DNA of 64,000 nt. It comes from Clostridia bacterium. GTDB taxonomy: Bacteria > Bacillota > Clostridia > DUPQ01. Shown in pieces: positions 37,908 to 48,446 of this stretch; position 1 is the first letter of the stretch, and every line of letters begins with the position of its first letter. The notes beneath the pieces are model-generated. The model had not been told where the DNA came from and did not search any database. It worked only from the letters and a program-made list of their open reading frames with translations. A program made the position numbers and the translations under genes. The DNA lies in assembly GCA_016938455.1 (NCBI GenBank), contig JAFGUQ010000062.1, positions 2,477-66,476 on the forward strand, written 5' to 3'.

Positions 37908-39086
37908 TTAAAATATATATTTTTGAAGCTCTTCTCTTCCAGATATAAACAGTTTACTGTAAATTTCAAGTATTATATTTTTAAGTCTTCCTACCGAGAT
38001 ATGATACTGCTTGGCTATCTTTGCATAAGGTACTTTACGAGCAACCAGCAAAGCTATATGATATTCCCGCAATGATAATATAGTTGTTATGTTATCTTTC
38101 GTAAAATGATTATGAAATGAAACCCAATTTTTCCATGTACATTCCCATTGTTCGATTACATCATCATAATATTCTGGATATTCCTGTTCTAAACATTTTT
38201 CAACATACCCACCAAGAGCAGTTACCACTTCAGAAAAAGGAGTAATAAAGCCAAATGGTAAAGCAAGTTTCATTGCTTTTAACAGCCACTTCATAGTTTC
38301 ATTTTCCTGATCAAGAAAATGACATGCAACCGCACACATAATATGTAGATAAATTTGCGGTAGGGTGATTCCTTGTTCTTCTTTATAAAGAGTTAATGCA
38401 GTTTGTGCTACAGCCAGCATACCTTCAATATTACCAACACAATGAAAATATTTTGCCCGTAAATAGAGAGCATCAGGGATTGCCTGTTCTGGAAGTGAGC
38501 TAAAATCCCCTTCTTTCAGCCATTTTTGAACATTATTTGGAGCAATTACACTAACATATGCTGTTGCAAGAGCAAGTTCTGCCATGCTTGATAAGTAATT
38601 TCCTTTTTCCAATAAGATCTTTTTTTTAAGATAAGATTCTATCTCAACATATGCATTATATTCTCCTAAACTAATCGCAGCAGCAATGGCGATAGGGCAT
38701 GCGCGAAGTCTTGCTGTGTCATCTTGTGAAGTTTCAGAAAAACATTGTAAAGTTCTTTTAAAATTTCCTCGAAGATAAGATAGTTCCCCTTCATACTGAA
38801 GCTGTAACCTGCGATCAGTGATTATCTCTAATATTTCATCAGGATTATTGTTAGGCATCGGAATAGTTGTTGCCTCAATAATTTGAATAAAATCAGATAA
38901 TATTAAGTTCTGTGTTGCTTTTTTCTCTTTTCGTAAATCATCAGGTTTTTTAGCTTCTATCGGAATCATCCATGATTTACCAAATTTCTTGGCTCCATAT
39001 ATTCTATTGTCAGCAACAAGCCGTTGAACTTGTCTGATAGAAACATTCCATTTTTCAGAAATGTCTTTAACAGATAAATATTGCAT
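37908..39086 (-). CDS. Transcriptional regulator with N-terminal excisionase/MerR-type HTH and C-terminal LuxR/GerE HTH
   Basis: N-terminus LSVKDISEKWNVSIRQVQRLV...GKSWMIP (HTH_17-like). C-terminus LSLREYHIALLVARKVPYAKIAKQYHISVGRLKNI (LuxR-type). Helical TPR-like middle. Confidence 0.55.
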   Translation of the reverse strand: MQYLSVKDISEKWNVSIRQVQRLVADNRIYGAKKFGKSWMIPIEAKKPDDLRKEKKATQNLILSDFIQIIEATTIPMPNNNPDEILEIITDRRLQLQYEGELSYLRGNFKRTLQCFSETSQDDTARLRACPIAIAAAISLGEYNAYVEIESYLKKKILLEKGNYLSSMAELALATAYVSVIAPNNVQKWLKEGDFSSLPEQAIPDALYLRAKYFHCVGNIEGMLAVAQTALTLYKEEQGITLPQIYLHIMCAVACHFLDQENETMKWLLKAMKLALPFGFITPFSEVVTALGGYVEKCLEQEYPEYYDDVIEQWECTWKNWVSFHNHFTKDNITTILSLREYHIALLVARKVPYAKIAKQYHISVGRLKNIILEIYSKLFISGREELQKYIF

Positions 39087-39604
39087 ACAAAAAACCTCTT
39101 ACTTAAATTGTTTCACTTGTATTATAGTCGCTTGAGCGACATTTTACAAATGTTACTATGCTTATTAGCTTATATTATCAATCAAATTTAACTGCAGAAT
39201 ATATGTGAAAGGAAACTGCGCTGAGGAAAAAAGAATTAGCAGGTTTTATCAAAATGTTTACCGAATTAAAATTTACTTATAACAAGATTTTTTAGTTAAT
39301 GTGTCAATATCGCAGATACCATCATAAAAAAGTCCGTAGCCTTTTTTAAAGCAAGAGATATGAATATAGCGCAATACAGCCTCATAAATAGTCAAAATAC
39401 TGAATAATAAGGATGTAAAAAATGATTAAAATACATTGGCTCTGTTGTAAAACGCCATATATATAGATATAATTAGTTTATCAAGACTATATAAAAGCTT
39501 TAATAATCAAGGCAAAATGCATTATAAAAGAAAAAGTGATTAGAATTATTAGTTTTAAAGGCTAACATATCATAGACATCAGAAACACATGTTTTAAGGA
39601 GAAG

Positions 39605-40015
39605 ATGATGTCAAAATTTCAAGTAGTAAATGACAAGAAATGCATTCATAATGATTTTGAAATATTTCTGTTTAAAGAAAAGTATGAAATATTTTTAGCA
39701 AAGGATACAAAAAATACAGAAACTATTACTCACACGAAAGTTCTGGTGAAAGCAACTAGATATGCCCTTGAAAAAAAACTGATTAATGAAAAAATGTATG
39801 GTAGCGGATATCTAAATGTAACTGAAAGCAATGACAGACAACTTGTAGCAAGTAGTTTAATTGGTTTGGATGATAAAAAAGCAATGAGAGTATATTATTT
39901 GTTAAAGTGGTTTCAATACAGGCAATTGAGCTGTTTAACCGGTAGATATATTTTTTCAAATGTTAATAGTTGCTTGAAAATCAATAAAGGAGCTTATTAT
40001 GTTAGGGAAGAATGA
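39605..40015 (+). CDS. Hypothetical protein (136 aa), overlaps the start of the histidine kinase gene
   Basis: ORF with RBS AAGGAGAAG; no recognisable motif. 17-nt overlap with the downstream kinase start. Confidence 0.35.
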   Translation: MMSKFQVVNDKKCIHNDFEIFLFKEKYEIFLAKDTKNTETITHTKVLVKATRYALEKKLINEKMYGSGYLNVTESNDRQLVASSLIGLDDKKAMRVYYLLKWFQYRQLSCLTGRYIFSNVNSCLKINKGAYYVREE

Positions 40016-41372
40016 TAAAAAAAGTGTTGAACATGTAAAAATAAAAGCCATAAGAATCACACTCATTTATCTTGTGGTTGGGTGCCTATGGATTATATTT
40101 ACCGATAATATTGTTGAAAAAATATTTACCAATCCCAGCGATATAATCATGATTAATATCGCTAAAGGATTATTTTATGTTATAACAACAGCAGTTTTAA
40201 TATTCTTTTTAATATATTCGTCTTTTATAAAGTTAAAACAGAATGAAGAGCGGTTGAGACGCTCTCAAGAAATATCAAAAGCGGGTACTTGGGAGCTTGA
40301 GATGGAAAGTAGTATGATTTGGGCTTCTGATCAAACCTTGAATCTTTTTGGTTTAAAAACAAAAACTAATATATTAAATATCAATGATGTTGAAAATATG
40401 ATTCATGAAGATGACAGGCAGATAGCTCATGATGCGATTATTAATTTAATTGAGGATAATAAAAAGTATGATATTGAATATCGTATTCAACCTTTTGGTG
40501 CAGGAGATTTTCGTTATGTGCGATCTATAGCAGAAAAGCAACTTGATGATAAAGGTAATATAGTCAAAATTGTTGGAGTAATCCTGGATATGACTGAAAA
40601 AAGAAAGCTGGAACAAGAAAAAGCTTTATTACAAGAACAAGTATGGAATCATCAAAAGCTGGAGTCAATTGGTACCCTTGCAAGTGGTGTAGCACATGAA
40701 ATAAACAATCCTATTAATGGTATTTTAAACTACGGGCAGATTATTCTTGACTCAACAGAAACTGATTCCCAGATAAACAAATATGCCGGAGAAATTATCT
40801 ATGAAACGAATCGTGTTTCAGAAATTGTTAAAAATCTTTTAAACTTCTCTAAGCAGTCTGGTAAGCAGCACAGTTATGCACAAATTGATGATATCATTGG
40901 GAAAACACTGTCTTTAGTAAGTACAATTTTCAGACATGATGATATTAATCTTAGTGTAGACATAAAAGAGAACATCTCAAATTTGAAATGCAGAAGTCAA
41001 CAGATTCAGCAGGTTCTCATGAACTTATTGACAAATTCCAGAGATGCGCTTAATGAAAAATATCCAGGTTATCATGAAAATAAAAAAATCAACTTGGAAT
41101 GTCATGAGTTTTCAATGGATAACAAAAAATGGATATCTCTTTCAATTGAAGATTCAGGGACAGGTATTCCCGAAGAAATAAAACATCGCATTTTTGATCC
41201 TTTTTTTACGACAAAAGACAAAGAAAAAGGTACTGGACTAGGTTTATCTATTAGTTACGGTATTATAAAAGAGCATCATGGTGAAATCCAAGTTGATTCA
41301 AAAGAAGGAGAGTACACCAAGTTCACCTTACTTCTGCCTTGTGAGAACGGATGGGATATAAATGATAAATGA
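39999..41372 (+). CDS. Orphan sensor histidine kinase (2 TM, PAS, HisKA, HATPase_c)
   Basis: H-box SGVAHEINNP, N-box LLTNSRDA, G-boxes DSGTGIP and GTGLGLS. No response regulator adjacent. Confidence 0.8.
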   Translation: MLGKNDKKSVEHVKIKAIRITLIYLVVGCLWIIFTDNIVEKIFTNPSDIIMINIAKGLFYVITTAVLIFFLIYSSFIKLKQNEERLRRSQEISKAGTWELEMESSMIWASDQTLNLFGLKTKTNILNINDVENMIHEDDRQIAHDAIINLIEDNKKYDIEYRIQPFGAGDFRYVRSIAEKQLDDKGNIVKIVGVILDMTEKRKLEQEKALLQEQVWNHQKLESIGTLASGVAHEINNPINGILNYGQIILDSTETDSQINKYAGEIIYETNRVSEIVKNLLNFSKQSGKQHSYAQIDDIIGKTLSLVSTIFRHDDINLSVDIKENISNLKCRSQQIQQVLMNLLTNSRDALNEKYPGYHENKKINLECHEFSMDNKKWISLSIEDSGTGIPEEIKHRIFDPFFTTKDKEKGTGLGLSISYGIIKEHHGEIQVDSKEGEYTKFTLLLPCENGWDINDK

Positions 41373-41738
41373 TCTTTGCTCATTCAAAAATTTCGATTAA
41401 TGAAAAGATTGATTATGTTCACGCTTTCGCTATTCATATTATCGCTCCAATTATTTCTTTTGTTTTAGAATAAGCATACAGAAGTGCTGTGGTAAATTAT
41501 ACTTTTTCTTTTGAGATTATCTGAATATTATATATCTCAGATAAAAAATCTTTTTAGTGATTTCACAGTTTATTAATATTTGATGAACTAAACACTGCAA
41601 TAATCATTTTCTGTCTCCTGAATCTCATTTTTCATAATATTGGTACTTGACACTCTTATGAAAAGTATATAAAATTAACAATGTTAGATAAATATAACAG
41701 CGTTAGGTTTTTCCGCTGGTGTTTGTAAGGAGATTGAT

Positions 41739-42344
41739 ATGGCAAATAACTTCAAGAATACTAAAGACAAGAAAAAAGAATTCATCAAGACAAATTTTAT
41801 AGAGGCAACTAAAACCACTATTTTCGAAACAGGGGTAGAGGCAGTGACTGTTCGTGGTATAGCTGAAATGACGGGATATTCATATGCTACCATATACCAT
41901 TACTTTTCAGATTTAAATGAATTACTCTTAGAAGCTAAGCTCTCAATGATCAAGGACATGGTTAATATGAGTATTCAGAATCAGGTTGTTTCAGACGACC
42001 CTCTTCAGAGAATGAAAGATAATATGAAAATCATGGTGGATTTCTTTATTGCCAATCCAAATATCTTCAGATTCTTCTACTTCTACGAAATGGATGATCG
42101 TAATCGTGACACAATGATTGCCTTGAATCTTGAACCTATGTATTTTGATGGTTTTATACCTTTTGTAAAATCAGGAGCTATTCTGGAAACAGATATTCCA
42201 ACTGCTTCGAGAGCTATGCTCTATACCGCTTTTGGGTTAATCACCATATATCTGTCAAACAATGGTCTAAGCCGAGAGGACGTAGACAATGACATGAATC
42301 GTATCATCGAACTTGTTTTAAGAGAAAAAAATAATGAAGCATAA
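41739..42344 (+). CDS. TetR/AcrR-family transcriptional regulator
   Basis: N-terminal HTH TKTTIFETGVEAVTVRGIAEMTGYSYATIYHYF. Confidence 0.7.
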   Translation: MANNFKNTKDKKKEFIKTNFIEATKTTIFETGVEAVTVRGIAEMTGYSYATIYHYFSDLNELLLEAKLSMIKDMVNMSIQNQVVSDDPLQRMKDNMKIMVDFFIANPNIFRFFYFYEMDDRNRDTMIALNLEPMYFDGFIPFVKSGAILETDIPTASRAMLYTAFGLITIYLSNNGLSREDVDNDMNRIIELVLREKNNEA

Positions 42345-42909
42345 ATTAAAAAGGAGATTTAAACATATGCTTATAGCACTAATAATCATCGTCTCTTTTG
42401 TCATTGCTATTATTATAGCCGTAAACTGGTTTATAGCAACAGCTAAAAAGGAATATAGCGACCGTACAGAAATAATGATCGCTGAAACAGTAAATGCGGA
42501 AAAAGCACTTATTGTTTATCAACCTGGACTTACTTCCGCACCAGCAGACGTTGCGTATTCTATTGGAAAAGGGCTTAATGATTCAGGTTTTGAGGTGACA
42601 CTTACAAATCCGAGGCAAGATCTTTCATCTGATATATCAGATTATGAAGTGATTGTGTTTGGCATGCCAAATTATGGCAGCGCGGTTCCTGAAGCGCTTT
42701 CAAATTACATTGGCAGAATTGACAGTTTTACCGGAAAGCGTATCCTCTTATTTTCTACTTCAGGGGGAGCAGAACAGATAATTGAGCTCGAAAAGCTTAC
42801 TGAGCTTCTTCGTGGAGAAACACCTTTTGCTGCAGTCAAATACCAGTTTAAAGATATTGAGACAATAAAAAATGAGGGTTACCGGTTAGGTGTGAGGTCA
42901 GCAGAATAA
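42334..42909 (+). CDS. Membrane-anchored flavodoxin-like fold protein
   Basis: N-terminal TM helix, then a Rossmann-like ALIVYQPG...VIVFGMPNYG...ILLFSTSGG pattern. FMN-binding residues not confidently identified. Confidence 0.35.
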   Translation: MKHKLKRRFKHMLIALIIIVSFVIAIIIAVNWFIATAKKEYSDRTEIMIAETVNAEKALIVYQPGLTSAPADVAYSIGKGLNDSGFEVTLTNPRQDLSSDISDYEVIVFGMPNYGSAVPEALSNYIGRIDSFTGKRILLFSTSGGAEQIIELEKLTELLRGETPFAAVKYQFKDIETIKNEGYRLGVRSAE

Positions 42910-43475
42910 TGTACTTAAAAAGGCATTTTCCAAACTTCATCACCTCTTTACGCATTATGTTGGCTCCTGTTCTGGTACTTTGTATTCTGGAAAATACTTT
43001 AATATTGGCACTCTGTTTTTTTGCGGTTATCTTCATGAGTGACCTAGTAGATGGTGCATTGGCACGAGTGCTGGATGTGTGCAGTAAATTCGGCGCAAAG
43101 TTTGATGTTATAGCCGATTTCATATATGTCATGTCTGCTCTTTTAGTTTTAAACATAACCGGACTTGCTTCATTTTGGATTACAGTCTTTGTTTTTATGA
43201 AATTTGCCGAGTTTGCAGCTACCTCTTCTTTATTAAAACGATATAAATACACTTCTGAAACGTGGGTGTTCGATTTGCTAGGACGCATATTTGCTTTGCT
43301 GGTCATGTTGGCCCCAGGTGTTTTCTGCTTTGTCTCTTATTATCCAGCATTTATGATAGGTGGTGTTTTTTTTAAGGTTGCTGTCTATACATCAGGCATT
43401 CTTTCCAGCCTTGCAAGGATAGGATTATGCATAAAAACAGCTAATCGTAAAATCCAATCAGAATGGTCACTCTAA
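42909..43475 (+). CDS. CDP-alcohol phosphatidyltransferase family protein (PgsA-like)
   Basis: Signature D-x2-DG-x2-AR (DLVDGALAR), 188 aa, about five TM helices. Confidence 0.65.
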   Translation: MYLKRHFPNFITSLRIMLAPVLVLCILENTLILALCFFAVIFMSDLVDGALARVLDVCSKFGAKFDVIADFIYVMSALLVLNITGLASFWITVFVFMKFAEFAATSSLLKRYKYTSETWVFDLLGRIFALLVMLAPGVFCFVSYYPAFMIGGVFFKVAVYTSGILSSLARIGLCIKTANRKIQSEWSL

Positions 43476-43611
43476 TGTAAATATTACTTTAATTACTTAT
43501 TCTCACCTTATTCCAAATATGCAAAAAGACGTTATTGAGTCTTTACCAAATCCAATCGTAGGCACATTTTAGGCACAAAGGTGACGATTTTTTTAAATAT
43601 TTTCCTTTTTT

Positions 43612-43640
43612 AAAAATAAAAAAAAGCACTGAAACGTGCT
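43612..43640 (-). terminator. Rho-independent terminator downstream of the tRNA-Ser pair
   Basis: On the minus strand, AGCACGTTTCAGTGCT hairpin followed by a T-run of 8 or more. Confidence 0.5.
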
Positions 43641-43656
43641 ATTTAAAGGCTTTTTA

Positions 43657-43750
43657 TGGCGGAGAAGGAGGGATTCGAACCCTCGCTAGAGTTACCCCTA
43701 CTAACGATTTAGCAAACCGTCCCCTTCAGCCGACTTGGGTACTTCTCCGC
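43657..43750 (-). tRNA. tRNA-Ser (anticodon GCT)
   Basis: Manually folded cloverleaf: acceptor GCGGAGA/TCTCCGC, T-arm GAGGG-TTCGAAT-CCCTC, anticodon loop TTGCTAA, long variable arm, encoded CCA. Confidence 0.85.
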
Positions 43751-43754
43751 ATTG

Positions 43755-43845
43755 TGGCGGAGAGACTGGGATTCGAACCCAGGGTAGGGTCGCCCCTACG
43801 CCGGTTTTCAAGACCGGTGCCTTAAACCAACTCGACCATCTCTCC
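43755..43845 (-). tRNA. tRNA-Ser (anticodon TGA)
   Basis: Cloverleaf: acceptor GGAGAGA/TCTCTCC, anticodon stem CCGGT/ACCGG with loop CTTGAAA, long variable arm, T-arm CCTGG-GTTCGAAT-CCCAG, encoded CCA. Confidence 0.85.
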
Positions 43846-43930
43846 ACATGCAAAAATTAATATAACATTTAACCCTACATAAGTCAATAATTTTTTGTTT
43901 AAATATATCTTATCTTTCTTATATGCCTAT

Positions 43931-43957
43931 AAAAAAAAGCCTTAAAATAGGCTTTTC
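43931..43957. terminator. Bidirectional rho-independent terminator 3' of the DUF4446 gene
   Basis: AAAAAAAAGCCT-TAAAAT-AGGCTTTTCT. Confidence 0.5.
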
Positions 43958-43986
43958 TATAGTAAAACAAAATATAATATATTACA

Positions 43987-44475
43987 TTATTTGTCACTGT
44001 TTGTTGCTTTTAGCATTACTCCCCTTTCCTCATCTGATAAGTCAATATCACATTTTCCTTTATTGATTTCTCTTAAATATAAAAAGCTTGCTTCTCTCAT
44101 ATAGATATTTGTTAAAATTATTCCTGAATTCTTTTCGTTTAATAATGCAATTGAAAAGCTCATCTTACCTCCACTGTCTGGTGTTGAATCATATCTCACA
44201 GAAGCCACTTTCTTTATATTATTGACTTTTTCAATAATAAGATCATTTATCTTCCCATTGATTATATTATGCTCAACGACATGATCGTCCACTATTTTTG
44301 CTGTGATAGCTGCAACTTCTTTATAGCTCTTTGCATTCTCTGCATTTTTTAGTACTTTATTAATATGCCTGAAAGATTTCTTCTTTGATATGCTTGCAGA
44401 TATAATGAAGCTAATTAAACTAGATATAATAGCTGTCCCTGCAAAACATACGATTAATAATGTTGTCTGATCCAT
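43987..44475 (-). CDS. DUF4446-family small membrane protein (typical parB-downstream gene in Firmicutes)
   Basis: 162 aa, single N-terminal TM. Its position immediately 3' of spo0J matches the conserved DUF4446 context. Confidence 0.5.
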   Translation of the reverse strand: MDQTTLLIVCFAGTAIISSLISFIISASISKKKSFRHINKVLKNAENAKSYKEVAAITAKIVDDHVVEHNIINGKINDLIIEKVNNIKKVASVRYDSTPDSGGKMSFSIALLNEKNSGIILTNIYMREASFLYLREINKGKCDIDLSDEERGVMLKATNSDK

Positions 44476-44489
44476 TCTTTTTTCCCCCT

Positions 44490-44505
44490 GGTTTCACGTG
44501 AAACC
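44490..44505. promoter_or_regulatory. parS centromere-like site
   Basis: GGTTTCACGTGAAACC, a perfect 16-bp palindrome matching the parS consensus tGTTnCACGTGAAACa at 14/16 positions (both end positions differ). Confidence 0.8.
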
Positions 44506-44510
44506 TTCCA

Positions 44511-45344
44511 CTATTTCTTTATGATATCAATGATTCTGTTTAATCCCTCTAATGAAAAATATTCTATCACTATTTTTCCCTTTTTACTGCTTCTAGTGAT
44601 TTTTACTCTGGTTCCAAGCTTTTTGGCAAGAACATTTTCTACATAAGCATATTCCTCTTCATTTAGAACTGGTTGCTTTTCTTTCTTCTTTTTAGGTGCC
44701 GCATTAGCTATTTTTTCAATTTCCCTTACATTCAACCCGTTCTCTATCGCTTTCACTGCTACTTCAAGACGTAACTTTTTATCTTCTATACCAAGTAAAG
44801 CTCTTCCATGACCTTCAGACAGCTGTTCTTTTTCAATAAATTCTTGAAGCGTGCTGTCTAAATTTAATAATCTCAGTTTATTAGTTATCGCTACTCTGCT
44901 TTTTCCAACGCTCAGTGATATTTCTTCCTGAGTCATGTTGTATTCGTCCTGAAGTCTTTTAAAAGCTTTTGCTTCTTCAATTGCATTTAAATCTTTTCTC
45001 TGAATGTTCTCTATTAAAGCAAATTCCAGAATTTGTTTATCGGTAACCTCTCTGACAACAATCGGTACCACCTTTAATTTCAGTTTTTTTGCTGCTCTCC
45101 ATCGTCTTTCACCAGCAATAATCGTATAGCCATTGTCCACTTTTCTGACAATCAATGGTTGAATGATGCCATTTGATGCAATTGATTGAGCAAGATTATT
45201 TAATTCTTCTTCATTAAATAACTTTCTAGGCTGATTTACATCTCTGTTGATTAAATTTATGTCAACTTCCGTTACTGTTCTTTTTTCTTCTTCAGTTGCG
45301 CTTTCGAATAAAGCTTCCAGGCCTTTTCCTAATCCTTTTTTCAT
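44511..45344 (-). CDS. spo0J: ParB/Spo0J chromosome partitioning protein
   Basis: ParB box GERRWRAA, HTH, adjacent to parA and a parS site. Confidence 0.9.
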   Translation of the reverse strand: MKKGLGKGLEALFESATEEEKRTVTEVDINLINRDVNQPRKLFNEEELNNLAQSIASNGIIQPLIVRKVDNGYTIIAGERRWRAAKKLKLKVVPIVVREVTDKQILEFALIENIQRKDLNAIEEAKAFKRLQDEYNMTQEEISLSVGKSRVAITNKLRLLNLDSTLQEFIEKEQLSEGHGRALLGIEDKKLRLEVAVKAIENGLNVREIEKIANAAPKKKKEKQPVLNEEEYAYVENVLAKKLGTRVKITRSSKKGKIVIEYFSLEGLNRIIDIIKK

Positions 45345-45357
45345 TTTTCCCCCTATA

Positions 45358-46119
45358 TTATGTGCACTCTATAACTTCTTTAGCCAGTTCAAGATAACTG
45401 ATTGCTCCTTTTGAGCTTGGATCATATTTTAAAACAGGAAGTCCATAACTGGGTGCTTCACTCAATCTGACATTTCTGGGAATGATTGTTCCATATACTT
45501 TATTTCCAAAATGCTTTCTGACTTCCTCTGCTACTTCAAGAGACAGGTTTGTTCTTTGATCAAACATAGTTAAAACAACGCCTTCTACTTCTAAACTGGG
45601 ATTCAAGTGCTTTTTTACCAGTTTAACTGTCTGCATTAGTTGTGATAATCCTTCAAGTGCATAATATTCGCATTGAATCGGGACAAGGATAGTATCAGCA
45701 GCTGTTAAAGAGTTCAATGTTAATAATCCTAAAGAAGGAGGACAGTCGATAATAATATAATCAAAAACGTCCCTGATTTCCTTTAAAGCATTTTTTAACC
45801 TGTTTTCTCTCATCATCTGACTTACTAATTCAATTTCCGCACCTGCCAGATTGATATTTGATGGACATATTTTTAAAGCATCAATCATTGTGTCAATAAT
45901 CGCTTCTTTAATGTCTAAATCATTAATAATTACTTCGTAAGTGGATTTTGTGACTTTATATTTATCAATACCTAATCCACTACTCGAATTTCCCTGTGGA
46001 TCGTTATCAATAAGTAATGTTCTCTTATTTAATTGAGCTAAACTGGCACTGAGATTGATAGCGGTAGTCGTTTTACCAACTCCCCCTTTTTGATTTGCTA
46101 TTGCGATGACTTTTGCCAT
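45358..46119 (-). CDS. soj: ParA/Soj chromosome partitioning ATPase
   Basis: Deviant Walker A KGGVGKTT, 253 aa, immediately upstream of parB. Confidence 0.9.
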   Translation of the reverse strand: MAKVIAIANQKGGVGKTTTAINLSASLAQLNKRTLLIDNDPQGNSSSGLGIDKYKVTKSTYEVIINDLDIKEAIIDTMIDALKICPSNINLAGAEIELVSQMMRENRLKNALKEIRDVFDYIIIDCPPSLGLLTLNSLTAADTILVPIQCEYYALEGLSQLMQTVKLVKKHLNPSLEVEGVVLTMFDQRTNLSLEVAEEVRKHFGNKVYGTIIPRNVRLSEAPSYGLPVLKYDPSSKGAISYLELAKEVIECT

Positions 46120-46173
46120 TTACTTCCCCTTACTCTTTTTTTTTAGTATAACATAAAAAAAATTCACGTGATA

Positions 46174-46189
46174 TGTTTCACGTGAAACT
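46174..46189. promoter_or_regulatory. parS centromere-like site (with an upstream degenerate half-site at 46161..46172)
   Basis: TGTTTCACGTGAAACT matches the parS consensus at 15/16. The nearby AATTCACGTGAT shares the CACGTG core. Confidence 0.8.
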
Positions 46190-46202
46190 TTTTTATCTCT
46201 AT

Positions 46203-48128
<1,926 letters not shown>

Positions 48129-48395
48129 TTAAACTCCACTTCTGTTTCTTTTTTCCAATGTTTTTGATGAAATAGATGTAATATATACTTTTACTTTACC
48201 CTGTTCTTCAGTAACAATGAATGTTTTAGGCATTTCGTCACTGACAGAAATAATTGATTTCTCTTTTTCTTTATCATTTAGATATTCTCTTGTTAACTTT
48301 GAAATTGTAGTGTTTTCAATATCAAAAATTCCAATTATATTACTTTCTCTAATCAAATATTCTCCACCAATATGAAGAAACATTATACTCTCCAT
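48129..48395 (-). CDS. DUF370 / RemB-like protein (YaaB)
   Basis: 88 aa, MFLHIGGEYLIRESNIIGIFDIE pattern, in the conserved recF-yaaB-gyrB position. Confidence 0.7.
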   Translation of the reverse strand: MESIMFLHIGGEYLIRESNIIGIFDIENTTISKLTREYLNDKEKEKSIISVSDEMPKTFIVTEEQGKVKVYITSISSKTLEKRNRSGV

Positions 48396-48446
48396 TTCTT
48401 AAACATTATATATTATTATATAACATTTACATACTTTTTTCAATTT

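Noticed and set aside
39087-43656. Integrated mobile element at the tRNA-Ser pair
   Set aside because: No integrase, transposase, phage gene or att-like duplication of the tRNA 3' end was found in the adjacent sequence.
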